Assembly: GCF_004010195.1 (NCBI RefSeq)
Contig: NC_057719.1
Location: 73,211,446 to 73,243,717 of the forward strand
Direction: 5' to 3'
Source: Chiloscyllium plagiosum
Lineage: Eukaryota
Length of the DNA stretch: 32,272 nucleotides
In this document: positions 1 through 11,672 of the stretch, one piece after another
Numbering within the stretch: position 1 is the stretch's first letter
Layout: each line of letters begins with the position of its first letter
Translations under genes and position numbers: made by a program
Notes under the pieces: model-generated
The model's database searches: none
What the model was told of the DNA's origin: nothing
What the model saw: only the letters and a program-made list of their open reading frames with translations

Positions 1-785
1 CTTCAGCTAGATTGAGAACCTATATTTGGAAACCTTTACAGATTAAGAGTCCAACTTTGGTTCTGATCCCTTATAAACACAACTGGCTCAGTTACCAGTG
101 ATTATAGGAAAAGGCTCAGACCCAAGCTTGATGGTATGAAATTGGTTGCAAGAAATTCAAATGGCACAACATTTTGCAATTAGAAAACGGTTGCTCAAGT
201 AAAATCCTAAATACTGTAAGTCTTCCAAGAAGGTCTAGGGACTATCAGAGGAGCAAAGACCACCTTGCATGTTGATCAGGAAAGAATTCCACGATTCCGC
301 TCAGTGCCATTTACCTTACAGGCAAATGTAGAGGCATAAATCAGAAGGCCGGAAAGTAAAGGAATCATCAAACCAGTCTAACTTGCAGAATGGGCAGCAC
401 TGGTCATGCCAATTTTGAAGCCCAATGGGTCAGTTCCTCTTTGTGGGGATTTTAAACAAATGGCAAACTATGTTTCACAGCTGGATAAGTACCCACTCCC
501 TCAAATAGAGGATTTACACACAAAGCTGGTTTGGGGAGGGGTGCTGTCCTTCACAAAGCTTCATGAACCATGCTTACTTGCAAGTGCGTTTAGACAAGGA
601 TTCCTAGAAGTATGCTATAATTAATATCCATAAGAGCTTGTTCCAATATACGAGACTGCCATTTGGGGTATCATTAGCCTGCTCAGTTTTCAGCAGAACA
701 ATTGAAATCTGCATGCAGATTATCTGGACACCAGAACCATCAAAGTGTTGGTCAAGGTTAATGGGCCATACTTTATCAGAAGGGA

Positions 786-1024
786 TAAAAGCAAATTACT
801 GCGGATGCTGGAATCTGAAACCAAAAACGAGAAAATGCTGGAAAATCTCAGCAAGTCTGGCAGCATCAGTAAGGAGAGAAAAGAGCTGACGTTTCGAGTC
901 TAACTGACCCTTTGTCAAAGCAGATTTGACAAAGGTCAATTAGACTCGAAACGTCAGCTCTTTTCTCTCCTTTACAAATGCTGCCAGACTTGCTGAGATT
1001 TTCCAGCAGTTTCTCTTTTTTGAT
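786..1024 (-). mobile_element. Fold-back (palindromic) Penelope-derived short element with ~14-bp TSD
   Basis: Arms ~826-919 and ~925-1019 are near-perfect reverse complements. Flanked by tttatcagaaggga (772-785) and tttaccagaagaga (1025-1038). Removing the insert restores the Gypsy integrase NGPYFTRREF. Contains a hammerhead-like ...GAAACGTC motif. Confidence 0.8.
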
Positions 1025-1775
1025 TTTACCAGAAGAGAATTTGGGTATTTCCTAAAGTTACACTGGATTCAACATAAGGATAGCTCCATACCATCCATCA
1101 TTCAGTGGCCCAGCAGAAAGAGCATACCAAACTTTGAAGGCTTGCATGAAGAAACAGCCTACAGCCTCGCTAGATACGAAGATGTTGCGGTTCTTATTTG
1201 GCAATAAGACCACCCCACATGCAACTACTGGGATAGTTAAGTCTGATTTTCAAAGACCTGGGATAGGGTGAAATGGCATCAGGACAATAATGTCGGACAC
1301 AAGGCTCTGCTGAGCGAGATACGGAGGAGTGGGTCGAAATTTGGTGTAAGAATCACAGAACAGCCCAACATGACCGATACAAGGTCAGGAACACAGCCAT
1401 ACATAGTTCAGGTCAGTATGACGGTCCTGACAAGCACGTGGACAATATGAAAGCCATAAACAGGCAAATAGAGCAAAATGTGCCTTCCACTCTCGGAACA
1501 GTCAGAAAGGCTGCTGAATCCTGTGGAATAACCTTCTCCATCAAGCGCTGATGAAATCTCAAAAACAGGTGATGGACATAATGGACTAGCTGTGTCGACA
1601 CCTTTGCCACCAGAAGAAGAGTGAAGTTCTACTGAGACCTTCCTGGCACAAGAGACAAGCTCTTGTGTATTACATGCTGCCCGTAGTGGACACCAAGTCT
1701 GAGGAACCTGACCTGGTACTCAAATGCCCAGGAAGTTTCTTCCAAGAGAAAGGATTGGCCAATGTCCTCGGACTC

Positions 1776-1983
1776 AGAGGGGAAGGGATGTATTGATTGT
1801 AACAACGCCAGCTAACTGGACCTCAGAATACAAGCTCCCTGAATGGGGCTGTTATGACAGATAAAAAGGGAAGTGCCAGAGATACTGCTACTCAGAACTC
1901 TAAAGAGGCAGTACTAAAGTCAAGGACTGTTCGTGTGTAAATAAAGGGTGATGGGATACCAGTCTCTGTGAAGCGCTGTTACA
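1776..1983 (+). repeat. Polypurine tract (1776-1788) and 3' LTR (1789-1983) of the Gypsy element
   Basis: AGAGGGGAAGGGA is immediately followed by TGTA; AATAAA at 1940-1945; the segment ends in TACA at 1983 (TG...CA with a 4-bp terminal inverted repeat). Confidence 0.75.
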
Positions 1984-3236
1984 TCTGTCTAGTTTCTCAT
2001 TCCAAAGTGGATGCTGAAGTTTGGAGGTGGTTTGCACAGTAATTAGGAAAATAATAATTTCTGCTCATTGAGAAACATGACACTGCAGCGAGGGTTGAAG
2101 CTTTAAAATCTCCAAGACTTGGAGAACTATTCCTTGCACCTCTATTATTTTAGCAGTAAGATCAACATTTTTAAGAAAGCTGAATATTCACAAGTTTCAT
2201 GAAGTTTTGACAACACAATATTTAGTAGGAAACCATTAGGTTAACACTTTAATTTTGATCAATGAGTAGTTTTAAAGCTCACGAGTACAGTACATACTTA
2301 TGGAAACAGTATTTACTTTACTTCAATCTCCTGAATGCTAGTCAATCTCATCTAAATGTTTGTCTGAATTTCATGGCCAATACATAGAAAAGAAAATTAC
2401 ATTATCAGTAACATGGGTGTCTTTATCACGTTCTTTGCTAAGTTAATACTAAAGATACATTTTTAAAAATCATATATGGACTCTAGTCTCAACAAAAATC
2501 ATGGTATTGTGTCTCTTATTGTTCAGTGTAAATATCTGTGCCAGATCTAATCTGTCAGCAACCTGATTGTGCTCACTTTCAATAAAATGCAATCAAATTT
2601 CAACTTTTGACTTATTTTTAGCTCCTTTTGGTTTTCTCCTTGAAATTACAAAGCTCCAACAGTTAAGGTGCTAGCTCATTTGGCTAGTTTCTGTGCTTAC
2701 AGTTTTCATCATGATCAAGGAAAATATAAATATTGAAATGAAGATGGATATTTGCCATGCACAACCAACAAAACATTTCAAAGTCATGAATCAATTGTTT
2801 TGTTATCATTCATGAAAACTACATCACAAAACTATTTAAGTATTAGGGTAATAAATAACTGGGGATATCAATTTCTCAACACCAGAAAGCATCAGGTCAT
2901 AGGTTGTACGGCATAGATATTGCACATTCCACAATACGTTTTACCATGAGGAGTTTAGAGACATTAGAATAACACTCAAATAAAGACAAGTGGTTCAAAA
3001 TATGCCTCAGTACAAAAAGAAATCAGCAAATAATGTCTAACTGCTATATTTACAAAACATATTGAAGGTCACCGGTTGGTGCAGAGGGCATACAGTTCAT
3101 TATTGTACTAAACATTTTTTTACATTTGACTCCAACTCATAATTATTTGTGAAATCTGAACGGCCTGTTGTTTCTTTTTAGCATTCATGACCATAATGTT
3201 CTAATAACAGTACTTTCTTTGTCAACAGCAATTATA

Positions 3237-3600
3237 GGGCGGCACAGCGGCTCAGTGGTTAGCACTGCTGCCTCACAGCGCCAGGGAGTCGGGTTGATTC
3301 CAGCCTTGGACGACTGTCTGACTGTGTGGAGTTTGCACATTCTCACTGTGCCTGTATGGGTTTCTTCCGGATGCTTCGGTTTCCTTCCACAATCCAAAGA
3401 TGTGCACTTTAGGTGGAATGTCCATGCTAAATTGTTCCATAGTGTACAGGTTAGGTGGGCTAGCCATGGCAAAAGTTTCATGCATGGTTACAAGAATGGG
3501 GTGAGGTAAAGGTGGGTATGGGTGAAATGCTCTTCGCAGGGTCTGGTGGAGACTCAGTGAGCTGAATGGCCTCTTTCTGTACTGCAGGGTTTCTATGATT
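3237..3600 (+). mobile_element. tRNA-derived SINE (HE1/V-SINE-like) with CR1-type 3' tail
   Basis: A box GGCTCAGTGG and B-box-like GGTTGATTCC; V-domain TGTGTGGAGTTTGCACATTCTC...GGTTTCCTTCCACAATCCAAAGATGTGC; tail ending ...GTTTCTATGATT. Confidence 0.85.
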
Positions 3601-4739
3601 ATTGGCTTCATGCAATCACATACCTAACTACTGAGGAAGATCCTTTTCTTGCCACCTGTTTTTCACTGATAATGCAACATTAGTGATACATCACAAAAAA
3701 TAAAACAGCATTTATTTCTGCTTTTGTGGAAAGGACATTAGAAATATAGGTGAAGCTAATAAAATCACTCCTATTGCTTTATGCTGATAAGTCGATAAGC
3801 TGTTACAAGCTTCTCAATATTTATATGCAAGGCAATCAAACAAAGCTAGTCAATTTGCTTGCAGCTTTTCCAAAACAACCACAACAAAGCTTTGCCTCTT
3901 TGCTTAAACATCCCAGTGCCCAAACCAAGACAAATGTATTCCAAGTAAAAACATAGAAATAATTGAGTATAATTGGAAACAGATCAATTACATAGCAGTA
4001 AACAACACAAAACAAATAGAATCCTAATAACAATATTTCAAACAATGCTTTTTCTTTCACCTGGTCAATATGCAAGTAGTCATAAACTCTGGATCCATCA
4101 GAAAGTTGCTTTAATGGCCAGCGAAATACTTTGGGTATACTATCCCCTCAAGAGTCCCTGAAAACAGAAGAACTTGCTAAACTGCGGTTTCTCGGTCACC
4201 TTGAAGCTAATACACTGTTTATTTTCTCCAAGCAGCCAATAGAGGTAACTTCAAAACAAAAATAAAATGTTGTGGAGAGGCTGGGAATTGAGTAAAAGTG
4301 GCTGTAAATAATCAGCATGTCAAGAAACATCTGGAAGAGAAACAAAATTATTGTTTCTCTTTCTAATGTATGTTGTGCGGCATTTAATGAATTGTTAGGA
4401 CAAATGATCCTATTGTTGGTGACACAAAAGAGTTGAGGTAGGCAGTCGTACTCTTTGTACGGACATCCACTGTCCTCTCCAGGACCATCTTGGCTAAAAA
4501 AGCTCACTCAGCAATCTTCCTCAACGGTGCTGTTTAGTGCCAACGATGCAGATGATCGTACGTATTTATTAAATAGTTCACTTCTCAGGTGTGCTTTTTT
4601 TTTGTCTCTCTCACTTTATACTTCAGTTCATCATTTTATATATCAATTCCGGGCTTCCCCTCAATCTGTCATTTGTTTTATTATTTAGGTTTTCTTACAC
4701 TGAGGCCAATGTTATTATTTCACAATTATATGTCACTTA

Positions 4740-5850
4740 ACACAACAAATTCTATTTATCCAGCATTTTTAACATCCCAATCATTTCACAGGAGTTTATC
4801 AAACAAAATTTGATAGAGCCATGTAAGCAAACATTGAAACAGACAATCAGGTAAGTTTTAAAGAGGTCTTACAGGAAGCAAGAGATATAGAAAGGGATTC
4901 AGCAGATGGCTGCCAACGTTTGGGTTTAAAACCAGAAGTGCACAAGAGGTGTCAACGGGAGCAATGTAGAGTGGGACTGGAGGAGATTGTACAAGTTGTG
5001 ATAGATGAGGCAATGAAGGAATCTGCAAACAAAAGTAGCCTTAAAAATCAAACAGTTGCTTAACCAGCAGTCACTACAAGTCAGCAAGTATTTGCTGAAT
5101 GGGACTTGATGGGTGGATGGACTTGGAGAGTTCAGACACAGTCATGTTTTAGATAACCTTAAAATTATTGAGGTATCGAAGATTAAGAGGTCAGCCAGGA
5201 GTGTATTCGAATTCGTCAAGTCTAGGGGCAACAGAATGAGACTTTCACCAGTAGATATGATGAGGTGAGGGCAGAGTCAAAAGCAATGTTAAGAGAGTGG
5301 AATGAGATCATTTTAGCCTCAACACAGAGATAGTCAGAAACTTGTCTCTGGGTCAATGTGACATCAAGGTTGCAACAGTCTGGTACAATCTTAGGCAGCT
5401 GCCAGGATGGATCTTATGACTAGATGTAGACTAATGTCATGGTATTGATATGTTTGAATGGGAAAGTGAGGTTGAGAGATGGTGGGATGTCAGAGGCAGT
5501 CTTGCAGAGCTTGGGGCCTAGAGAAGTGAAGATATGGCCAATCGTTCAGCAATTAAATTTGGGGGTGCTCGGTAGACCAAATTAGAGGAGTACAGATTTT
5601 TCAGAAGATGCGGGGGTTTCCTGGAGATTATGACTGTATTTGGGATGAGGCTATGAAAAAAACAAAGATGATAATTTTGAAATGAATTTGCTAGAGATAG
5701 GAACAATTCATGTCAGTGAGCACAGGTGTCATGGTTGAGTGGAATTGGGTTTAAAACCAGAAGTGCACAAGAGGTGCACTTATGACTAGGGAGAGAAAAC
5801 AATGGCTTCAATCTTCACAATATTTAGTTGGACTTGCAGTCCACTGGACT
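4740..5850 (-). mobile_element. Old L2-clade LINE 3' portion (heavily diverged), containing the templated insertion at 5424-5778
   Basis: Starts with the reverse complement of an L2-type 3' end (caacaaattctatttatccagcat...cacaggag). A purine-rich stretch of the type seen in antisense L2 RT follows. Boundaries approximate. Confidence 0.55.
5451..5746. repeat. 296-bp perfect inverted copy of 9481-9776
   Basis: Base-by-base reverse-complement match with no indels seen. The identical 62-aa spurious ORFs at 5518-5706(-) and 9521-9709(+) reflect this. Confidence 0.95.
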
Positions 5851-6968
5851 TCAATATTTCCTCAGATAGTTTGTGTAACTATGGCACCAGTTTATGCCAA
5901 GTGCCAAAGTAACTTCACAGCTAAGCAACCTGATTGTTCAAAATTTGCCAGTGGCAAGTAAGCCACTCTTTTTGTTTTGGCAATATTTTTATATCTTTTC
6001 AAATTACTATTTTGGCTCAATAGCCTCAATGTATAAATTAATTGTAAGCCTTCTGCCATTTAAACTCATATTTGAAAGCACAACTGTACCTAGCCGTTCA
6101 CACTTAATCCTTTCAATATAATTACAGCAGTTAATTTTATTAAAGGAGTTTTACACGTCCATCATTCCATTTTAGATATAATTGCATGACTGAACATTTA
6201 TCATTAAACAACGTAATAACAAAGGAAAGGTGTCTGTCAAAATTACAGTTTAGGTTTGGTTCCAAGTAATGAAAAAAATATAGTAACATCAGCAATGCTC
6301 TTGAAAAGCAATACCAAGTTCATTAAAAATAAATGCGCAATAAGCATTTTGCAATGATGAGCCTAATGAACTGTTGGTATCCAGTTGGAAAATAATAGAA
6401 GAAATTCATTTGCATGTGGCAACTTAAATCATAATGCATCTTGAACAATTATATAACAAAACCAGGATGCAAATGATCATTTCTCATCAATTTTGTTTTG
6501 ATTTGACTTTTAATTTTTTTTTATAAAAAGTCTACATCTAAACCCTTGATCATATTTAATGTGGTGTGGCAATAAAAGGAGCTCCTCACTGACCTCAAAG
6601 AATGTCACCTGCAAGAGCTTAGCAATCCCCCTACTTTCGGTTGCACCTTCCTAACACTAACTTCAATCTGACACCAAGTCAAGCGATCGCCAGTAATAAT
6701 TATGTCATCCAGCATGGTCAGTGGTCAATCAATATCAAGCTAAGCCAAAAGTATGATACACTGATTATTACTCAATGTTTTAGAAATTATACAAACCACC
6801 AAAAGATTGGGACTTACATTTGAGCAGCGGGAACATCATAAAACAAAATTTTACAAAAACATTGTTTAGTAGACCTCAAATTTATTTCACAATCTTCAGA
6901 AGTAATTATGATGTAAAAGCCCAGTTACATCACATTAACTAGGCATAACTATTTAACAGCACACTTAC

Positions 6969-7019
6969 AGTGCAATAGAGGTTCTCACCAGTTTGGTGAA
7001 AGAATTTCAACATTGCATC
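6969..7019 (-). CDS. Candidate 51-nt internal exon (DAMLKFFHQTGENLYCT) of the minus-strand gene
   Basis: Acceptor ttatttgcttttccatag| and donor ACT|gtaagt; phase 0-0, compatible with exon 1; lies in non-repetitive sequence. No homology recognised. Confidence 0.25.
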
Positions 7020-7589
7020 CTATGGAAAAGCAAATAATCATCAAGATCAACTTCTGCTTTTCCATTTTTAACTTCAAACAGGAGCACTCCAAATGTTATT
7101 GCCCCAGTTTCAGAGAAGCAATGACAATGAATGCTGACTGTTACATTATCATTACCACAAGCTGCACACCTACCTAATCCAGCAGCCTTAGGACGAAGCC
7201 TCTGCTGGAAGGTCAAGTACATTCAATGCTCAAATACTTTATTCTACAATTGAATAAAGACGTCACCTTGACTTCTACCAATCAGAGAGTTAATGGGTAA
7301 ATGATTTTTTAAACGACAACAAAAACAGGATTTAGGATAAAGAACAAAGATGTATAATGAATAAAGATTGAAGCACAGCCATGAGATGTCAATACAGAAA
7401 ACCAGAAGTACTGCAGGTGCCAAGCCACACAGGTTGCTGGACTACAGACTGACAAATTAGGGAGGTACAACTGGTACCATAAATAACGATTCTTCAGGCC
7501 TAGTAACACAAATATTACCATCATTGTTTCTTAGAATTTACAACATAGAAACAACCCATTTGCTCCTTGTCTGCATTGGCACTCCTCAA

Positions 7590-8775
7590 GGACCTCATTT
7601 CATTCCTATTCATCTCACCCAATCAGCGCATTCTCCTTTTTTGAACACCAGCGTGACATTTGCTGTCTTTCAGTCTGCTGGGACCTGCCCCGAGTCCAGT
7701 GAATTTTGATAAATTACCACTCAAGCATCTATAACTTCCGCTATTTCTTTCAGCACTCTGGGTGTATTCCATCAGGAGCAGTGGACTTATTAACCTTTAG
7801 ACCCTTAAGTTTTCTCAACACTACCTTTTTAGTGATAACAACTGAATTGACGTCCTCACCTCCCATCATATGCTTAACATCATTGTTTGGCACGTTAGAC
7901 ACATCTTCCACTGTGAAGACTGACACAAAATGATTATTGATTTCAACTCGGCCATTTCAACACTACCCAATATTAATTCTTCTTTCTCATCCTGCAAGAG
8001 CCTGACATCCACTTTTGCCAGCGTTTTCCGTTTTATATATTTATAAAAACATTTCTGACCTGTTTTTATAATATGTGCTAGTTTGCATTCATAATCTGTC
8101 TTTCCTTTCTTTATTGCCTGCTTCGTGATTCTTGGTTGCTTTTTAAGGTTTTCCCAATCTTCCTGTTTCCCACTATCTTGGCTACTTTGTAAGCCTGAGC
8201 TTTTATTTGGATGACTTTCTTTATTTTCTTGGGTACCCAAAACTGGCTCTTTCTACCCTTGTTTTTGACCGGAATATACTTGCCTTGAACACTGTGAAAA
8301 ATATCTTTGATAGTCCTCCACTGTTCCACAATGTAACTTGTGATCTCAGTCTAATTTAGCCAACTCCTTCCTCATTTCATTATAGTCTCCTTTGTTTAAG
8401 CATAACACCCTGGTTTTAGATGATACTGTTGCACAGCCATATGTATCTGAAATTTGATCACACTGTGATCACTCTTTCCGAGAGGATCCTTAACGACCTT
8501 CATTTTACCTGCCTCGTTATACAGGACCAGACCTATGATTACACACACTCTTGTAGGTTCGGTAACATGCTGTATAAGAAAGTTATCATGGATGAGTTCT
8601 ATGAACTCCTCTAGCAACTTGATTCAGTCAATCAATGTGCATGTTAAAGTCCCCCATGACTACTGCAACAGTTATTTCTTGTTTGGTTGCCTGTGCCATT
8701 GTAGCATTATTATTGGGTGGCCGATAGACTACTCCCATCAATGATTTCTTCCTCTTACTATTCCCGATCTCCACT
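7590..8775 (-). mobile_element. CR1 LINE ORF2 fragment (APE endonuclease C-terminus and linker toward RT), decayed
   Basis: Minus-strand translations EEFIELIHDNFLIQHVTEPTR, DPLGKSDHSVIKF, KCFYKYIKRK and SVEMAELK are typical of CR1 ORF2; many frameshifts. Confidence 0.85.
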
Positions 8776-9025
8776 TGGCCCATGTCCCTCTAAAATCTTC
8801 CTATTCATATACCCACCCTTTTAAATGTTGTAATTGTACTAGCCACCACCACTTCTTTTGGCAGATCATTCCATACACGCACTACCCTCTGCATGAAAAA
8901 GTGCCCCATAGATCCCTTTTAAATCTTTCCCCCCTCACCCTCGACCTATGCCCTCAAGTTCTGGACACCCCCATCCAAGAGAAAAGACCTTGTCAATTGA
9001 ACCTATTCATGCCCCTCATGATTTT
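8776..9025 (-). mobile_element. CR1 LINE 3' ORF2/UTR fragment
   Basis: Reverse complement of the CR1 C-terminal coding region (KIMRGMNR...FFMQRVVRVWNDLP); same region as seen at 14190-14440 on the + strand. Confidence 0.8.
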
Positions 9026-9129
9026 TAAAATACGCACTGAGGATATTCTTCATGCATTAACCTTCCGCATATAGATATATGCAAGTATTCACATTAGACT
9101 GTGTATCATAATAAGTTTGATACTTTCAT

Positions 9130-9910
9130 CTGATACCCACACTAGCATAACTCCAACAGATGGTTACCATCTCCATAATTTGACCCTTGCCTAAGCTCAC
9201 CTGCTGTTGAAACCCTCAGTCATAACTTCATTACCTCTAGACATAGGTCAGCGCAACATTGAGGGCTGAAGGGCCTGTACTGCACTGTAAAGTTCTATGT
9301 TCTATAACTATCACGTCACTCCTTGATCACTCACTTTGTGATAAAGGCAACAGAATTTTGGGTGACCTCCCAAGTCTGTCACCTTTCCCAGAGCTGTATA
9401 CTTGAATTAATCCAATCTGGCCCTGACACAGCATGAAATGACCCATATCAATACCATGACATTAGTCTTAACTTATACCAAATTCCACTCAACCATGACA
9501 CCTGTGCTCACTGACATGAATTGTTCCTATCTCTAGCAAATTCATTTCAAAATTATCATCTTTGTTTTTTTCATAGCCTCATCCCAAATACAGTCATAAT
9601 CTCCAGGAAACCCCCGCATCTTCTGAAAAATCTGTACTCCTCTAATTTGGTCTACCGAGCACCCCCAAATTTAATTGCTGAACGATTGGCCATATCTTCA
9701 CTTCTCTAGGCCCCAAGCTCTGCAAGACTGCCTCTGACATCCCACCATCTCTCAACCTCACTTTCCCATTCAAACACTCATTAAAACCTGTTGATTTGAC
9801 CAAGGTTTAGTCATTTAACCTAAAATCTCCTATATGGCTCATTGTCATTTTATTTTTCAATAGTGCCTTGAAGAAACTCGGGGCATTTTACACTGTTAAA
9901 GAGCATAATC
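9130..9910 (+). mobile_element. Old L2-clade LINE 3' portion, interrupted by a ~65-bp CR1 3' tail (9243-9306)
   Basis: L2-like motifs: gaaaccctcagtcataacttcattacctctagac (ETL..FITSR), cacctgtgctcactgac (TPVL.D) and ggccccaagctctgcaa (.PKLWN-like). CR1 tail gaagggcctgtactgcactgtaaagttctatgttctat. Confidence 0.6.
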
Positions 9911-9959
9911 TATGTTTCCATTGAAATTAGATTTCGAAACATCCCAAATCCAGAAGAGA

Positions 9960-10775
9960 AATTATATGGTCAATGTAAAAGGATGTATCCTCTTGCTTTG
10001 GGAACAGTAGGGGGTAATTTAGAAATAAAAGGTCTCCCATTAAAAATGAAAATAACTTTTTTTTCCTGAGGGTTATGAGTCATTGAAACTTTTCCCCAAG
10101 GATTGCTGGAAGGTCATTAAATATTTTTATGACAGAGATAGACTACTGAACAGCGAGGAAGTAAAATGTTATTGGGGTAAGTGGAAGTATAGAATTGAGG
10201 CCACAACCAGAATAACCCTCTATAGGAAGTATATTGTGAAACTTGAAAGAGTTCAGAACAGATTTATACCTATCATGCCAGCATTTGAGGGTTTGAACTG
10301 TAGGGAAGAGGCTAAATTGACTGGAGCTATTTTCCTTGGAGTGTTGAAGGCTGAGTGGTGACCTTATTAGAGGTTTATAAAATCATGAGGGACATGGGTA
10401 CAATAAATAGATAAAAGTTTTTTTTCCAGAGTGTGTGGACTCCAAATTGAGAGGGCATAGGTGAGAAAGAAAAGATTTAAAAAGGGACCTAAGGGACAAC
10501 TTTTTCACACTGAGGGTGGTGCATGTATGGAACAAGTTGCCAGAGGAAGTGGTGAAGGTTGGAACAATTACACCTTTTAAAAAAAGACTTCTGGATAGGT
10601 ATATGAATAGGAAGGGTTTAGCAGGATATCAGCTAAATGCTGGCAAAAGGGATTCAATTAATTTAGGAGATCTGGTCAGCATGGATGAGTTGGACCGTGC
10701 TATATATCTCCATGACTCTCACCATAAGCAGGTTAATGTGCCAAACAGCCTACTACTTCTATTTATGTATGTCAA
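9960..10775 (+). mobile_element. Older CR1 3' end (9960-10210 and 10720-10775) interrupted by a younger 5'-truncated CR1 (~10211-10718)
   Basis: YRKYIVKLERVQNRF, RVVHVWNKLPEEVV and a CR1 3' UTR ending ctccatgactct. The flanks form a second, more diverged CR1 3' end. Confidence 0.75.
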
Positions 10776-11651
10776 CTGTTCATAGAAATTCAGTAAAGGA
10801 ATCAGGAGGTGGATATTCGAGATGAGTTCAGATAGGAGAAAAATGACAGAACTTAAAATCTGAGTTGTGGCAGAGGGATTTTTAGAAGCGGTTTAGCCTG
10901 GTGACGGGAGGGAAAGGGTGAAACAAGCAGCAGACCACATGATGACAAAGTAGCCCATAAGCTTCTTACGCTTATTGTTAAATAGAGATGCACTGCATTT
11001 AGTTGTTATCCAATAGCTCTATATCAATAATCTATACCTAGAGTTCTGGCATTGAAACATGTGAACAAACATTTATAGCAAGAACTGAGTGTGGTGAAAA
11101 GATTTTTCAATAACTAGCCTCTCTTTACCAAGCTCCATGGACACAGAATTCCCCGCAGACTCTCTTTTCTACTCCACCTTTTTCTCGTCCACACCCTTTC
11201 CCTCAAATTTCTTAGTCTAACCGCCCTCTCTTGATGCTCCACTACCACAACCTCCCTTTGAAAAGAATAATCTCGCACAGTGACTGAATTTGATTGCAGG
11301 AGGGGGAGAACCACCAAATTCAGAACATCATTTTACCCACGTGCAAAGCACTCTTAACAAATTGCAAGTTTTATAGAAACCTAAAGGAGACCATGTTTCT
11401 GATATTGGATTAAATAGATTCCCGCAGACAACGAGAAAAAAAACCGCACAGAGTTGTGAGATTGCAGTGTAAATCCAAATAGTTTTTCAACAACAAATTG
11501 CAAATTATTCAGTTTTATGCAGAGGGACAAATCTGAACTGTTGCACTTCACCAGTTAAAGGTTGTTATGGGGGGGGGGTGAGCCGGCGATACGGATTAGA
11601 GGTATTGTAGTCGTTTTCCCAATCAAGGGGGCGCTATGTATAGGGCGAAGG

Positions 11652-11672
11652 GACTACAACTCCCAGAGTGCA
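11652..11672 (+). promoter_or_regulatory. ZNF143 (Staf/SBS) / THAP11-associated promoter motif
   Basis: GACTACAACTCCCAGAGTGCA matches the vertebrate ACTACAnnTCCCAnnnTGC motif. A second GACTACAATACC lies on the minus strand at 11601-11612. Confidence 0.8.

Larger units (their letters stand above)
1..1983 (+). mobile_element. Decayed, internally deleted Ty3/Gypsy LTR retrotransposon (pol remnants + PPT + 3' LTR), interrupted by a hairpin element at 786-1024
   Basis: RT N-terminal motifs PILKPNGSVPLCGDFK..YPLPQIEDL (406-520) and FQYTRLPFGVS (~640-675). Integrase core motifs NGPYF-T..EF..FLK (split by the insertion), PYHPSFSGPAERAYQTLK (~1085-1140) and TTPHATTG (~1208-1232). Frameshifts and stops throughout. 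Confidence 0.85.

Noticed and set aside
786..1024. Interpreting the hairpins as DNA-transposon MITEs or pre-miRNAs
   Set aside because: Arms are unequal, TSDs are 13-14 bp and differ in sequence, and the sequence matches the pLTR/hammerhead type seen next to the GIY-YIG ORF at 18857-18900, which points to retrotransposition.
3237..3310. tRNA genes at A/B-box sites (also 21245, 26125, 28572)
   Set aside because: These are SINE heads continuing into SINE bodies; no complete cloverleaf.
4060..4335. Possible exons on either strand (e.g. DSIPKVFRWPLKQLSDGSRVYDYLHIDQ on minus)
   Set aside because: Every acceptor-donor pairing I tried contains an in-frame stop.
5518..9709. Two identical 62-aa ORFs suggesting a duplicated small gene
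   Set aside because: They start at TTG within an L2 remnant and simply reflect the 296-bp inverted duplication.
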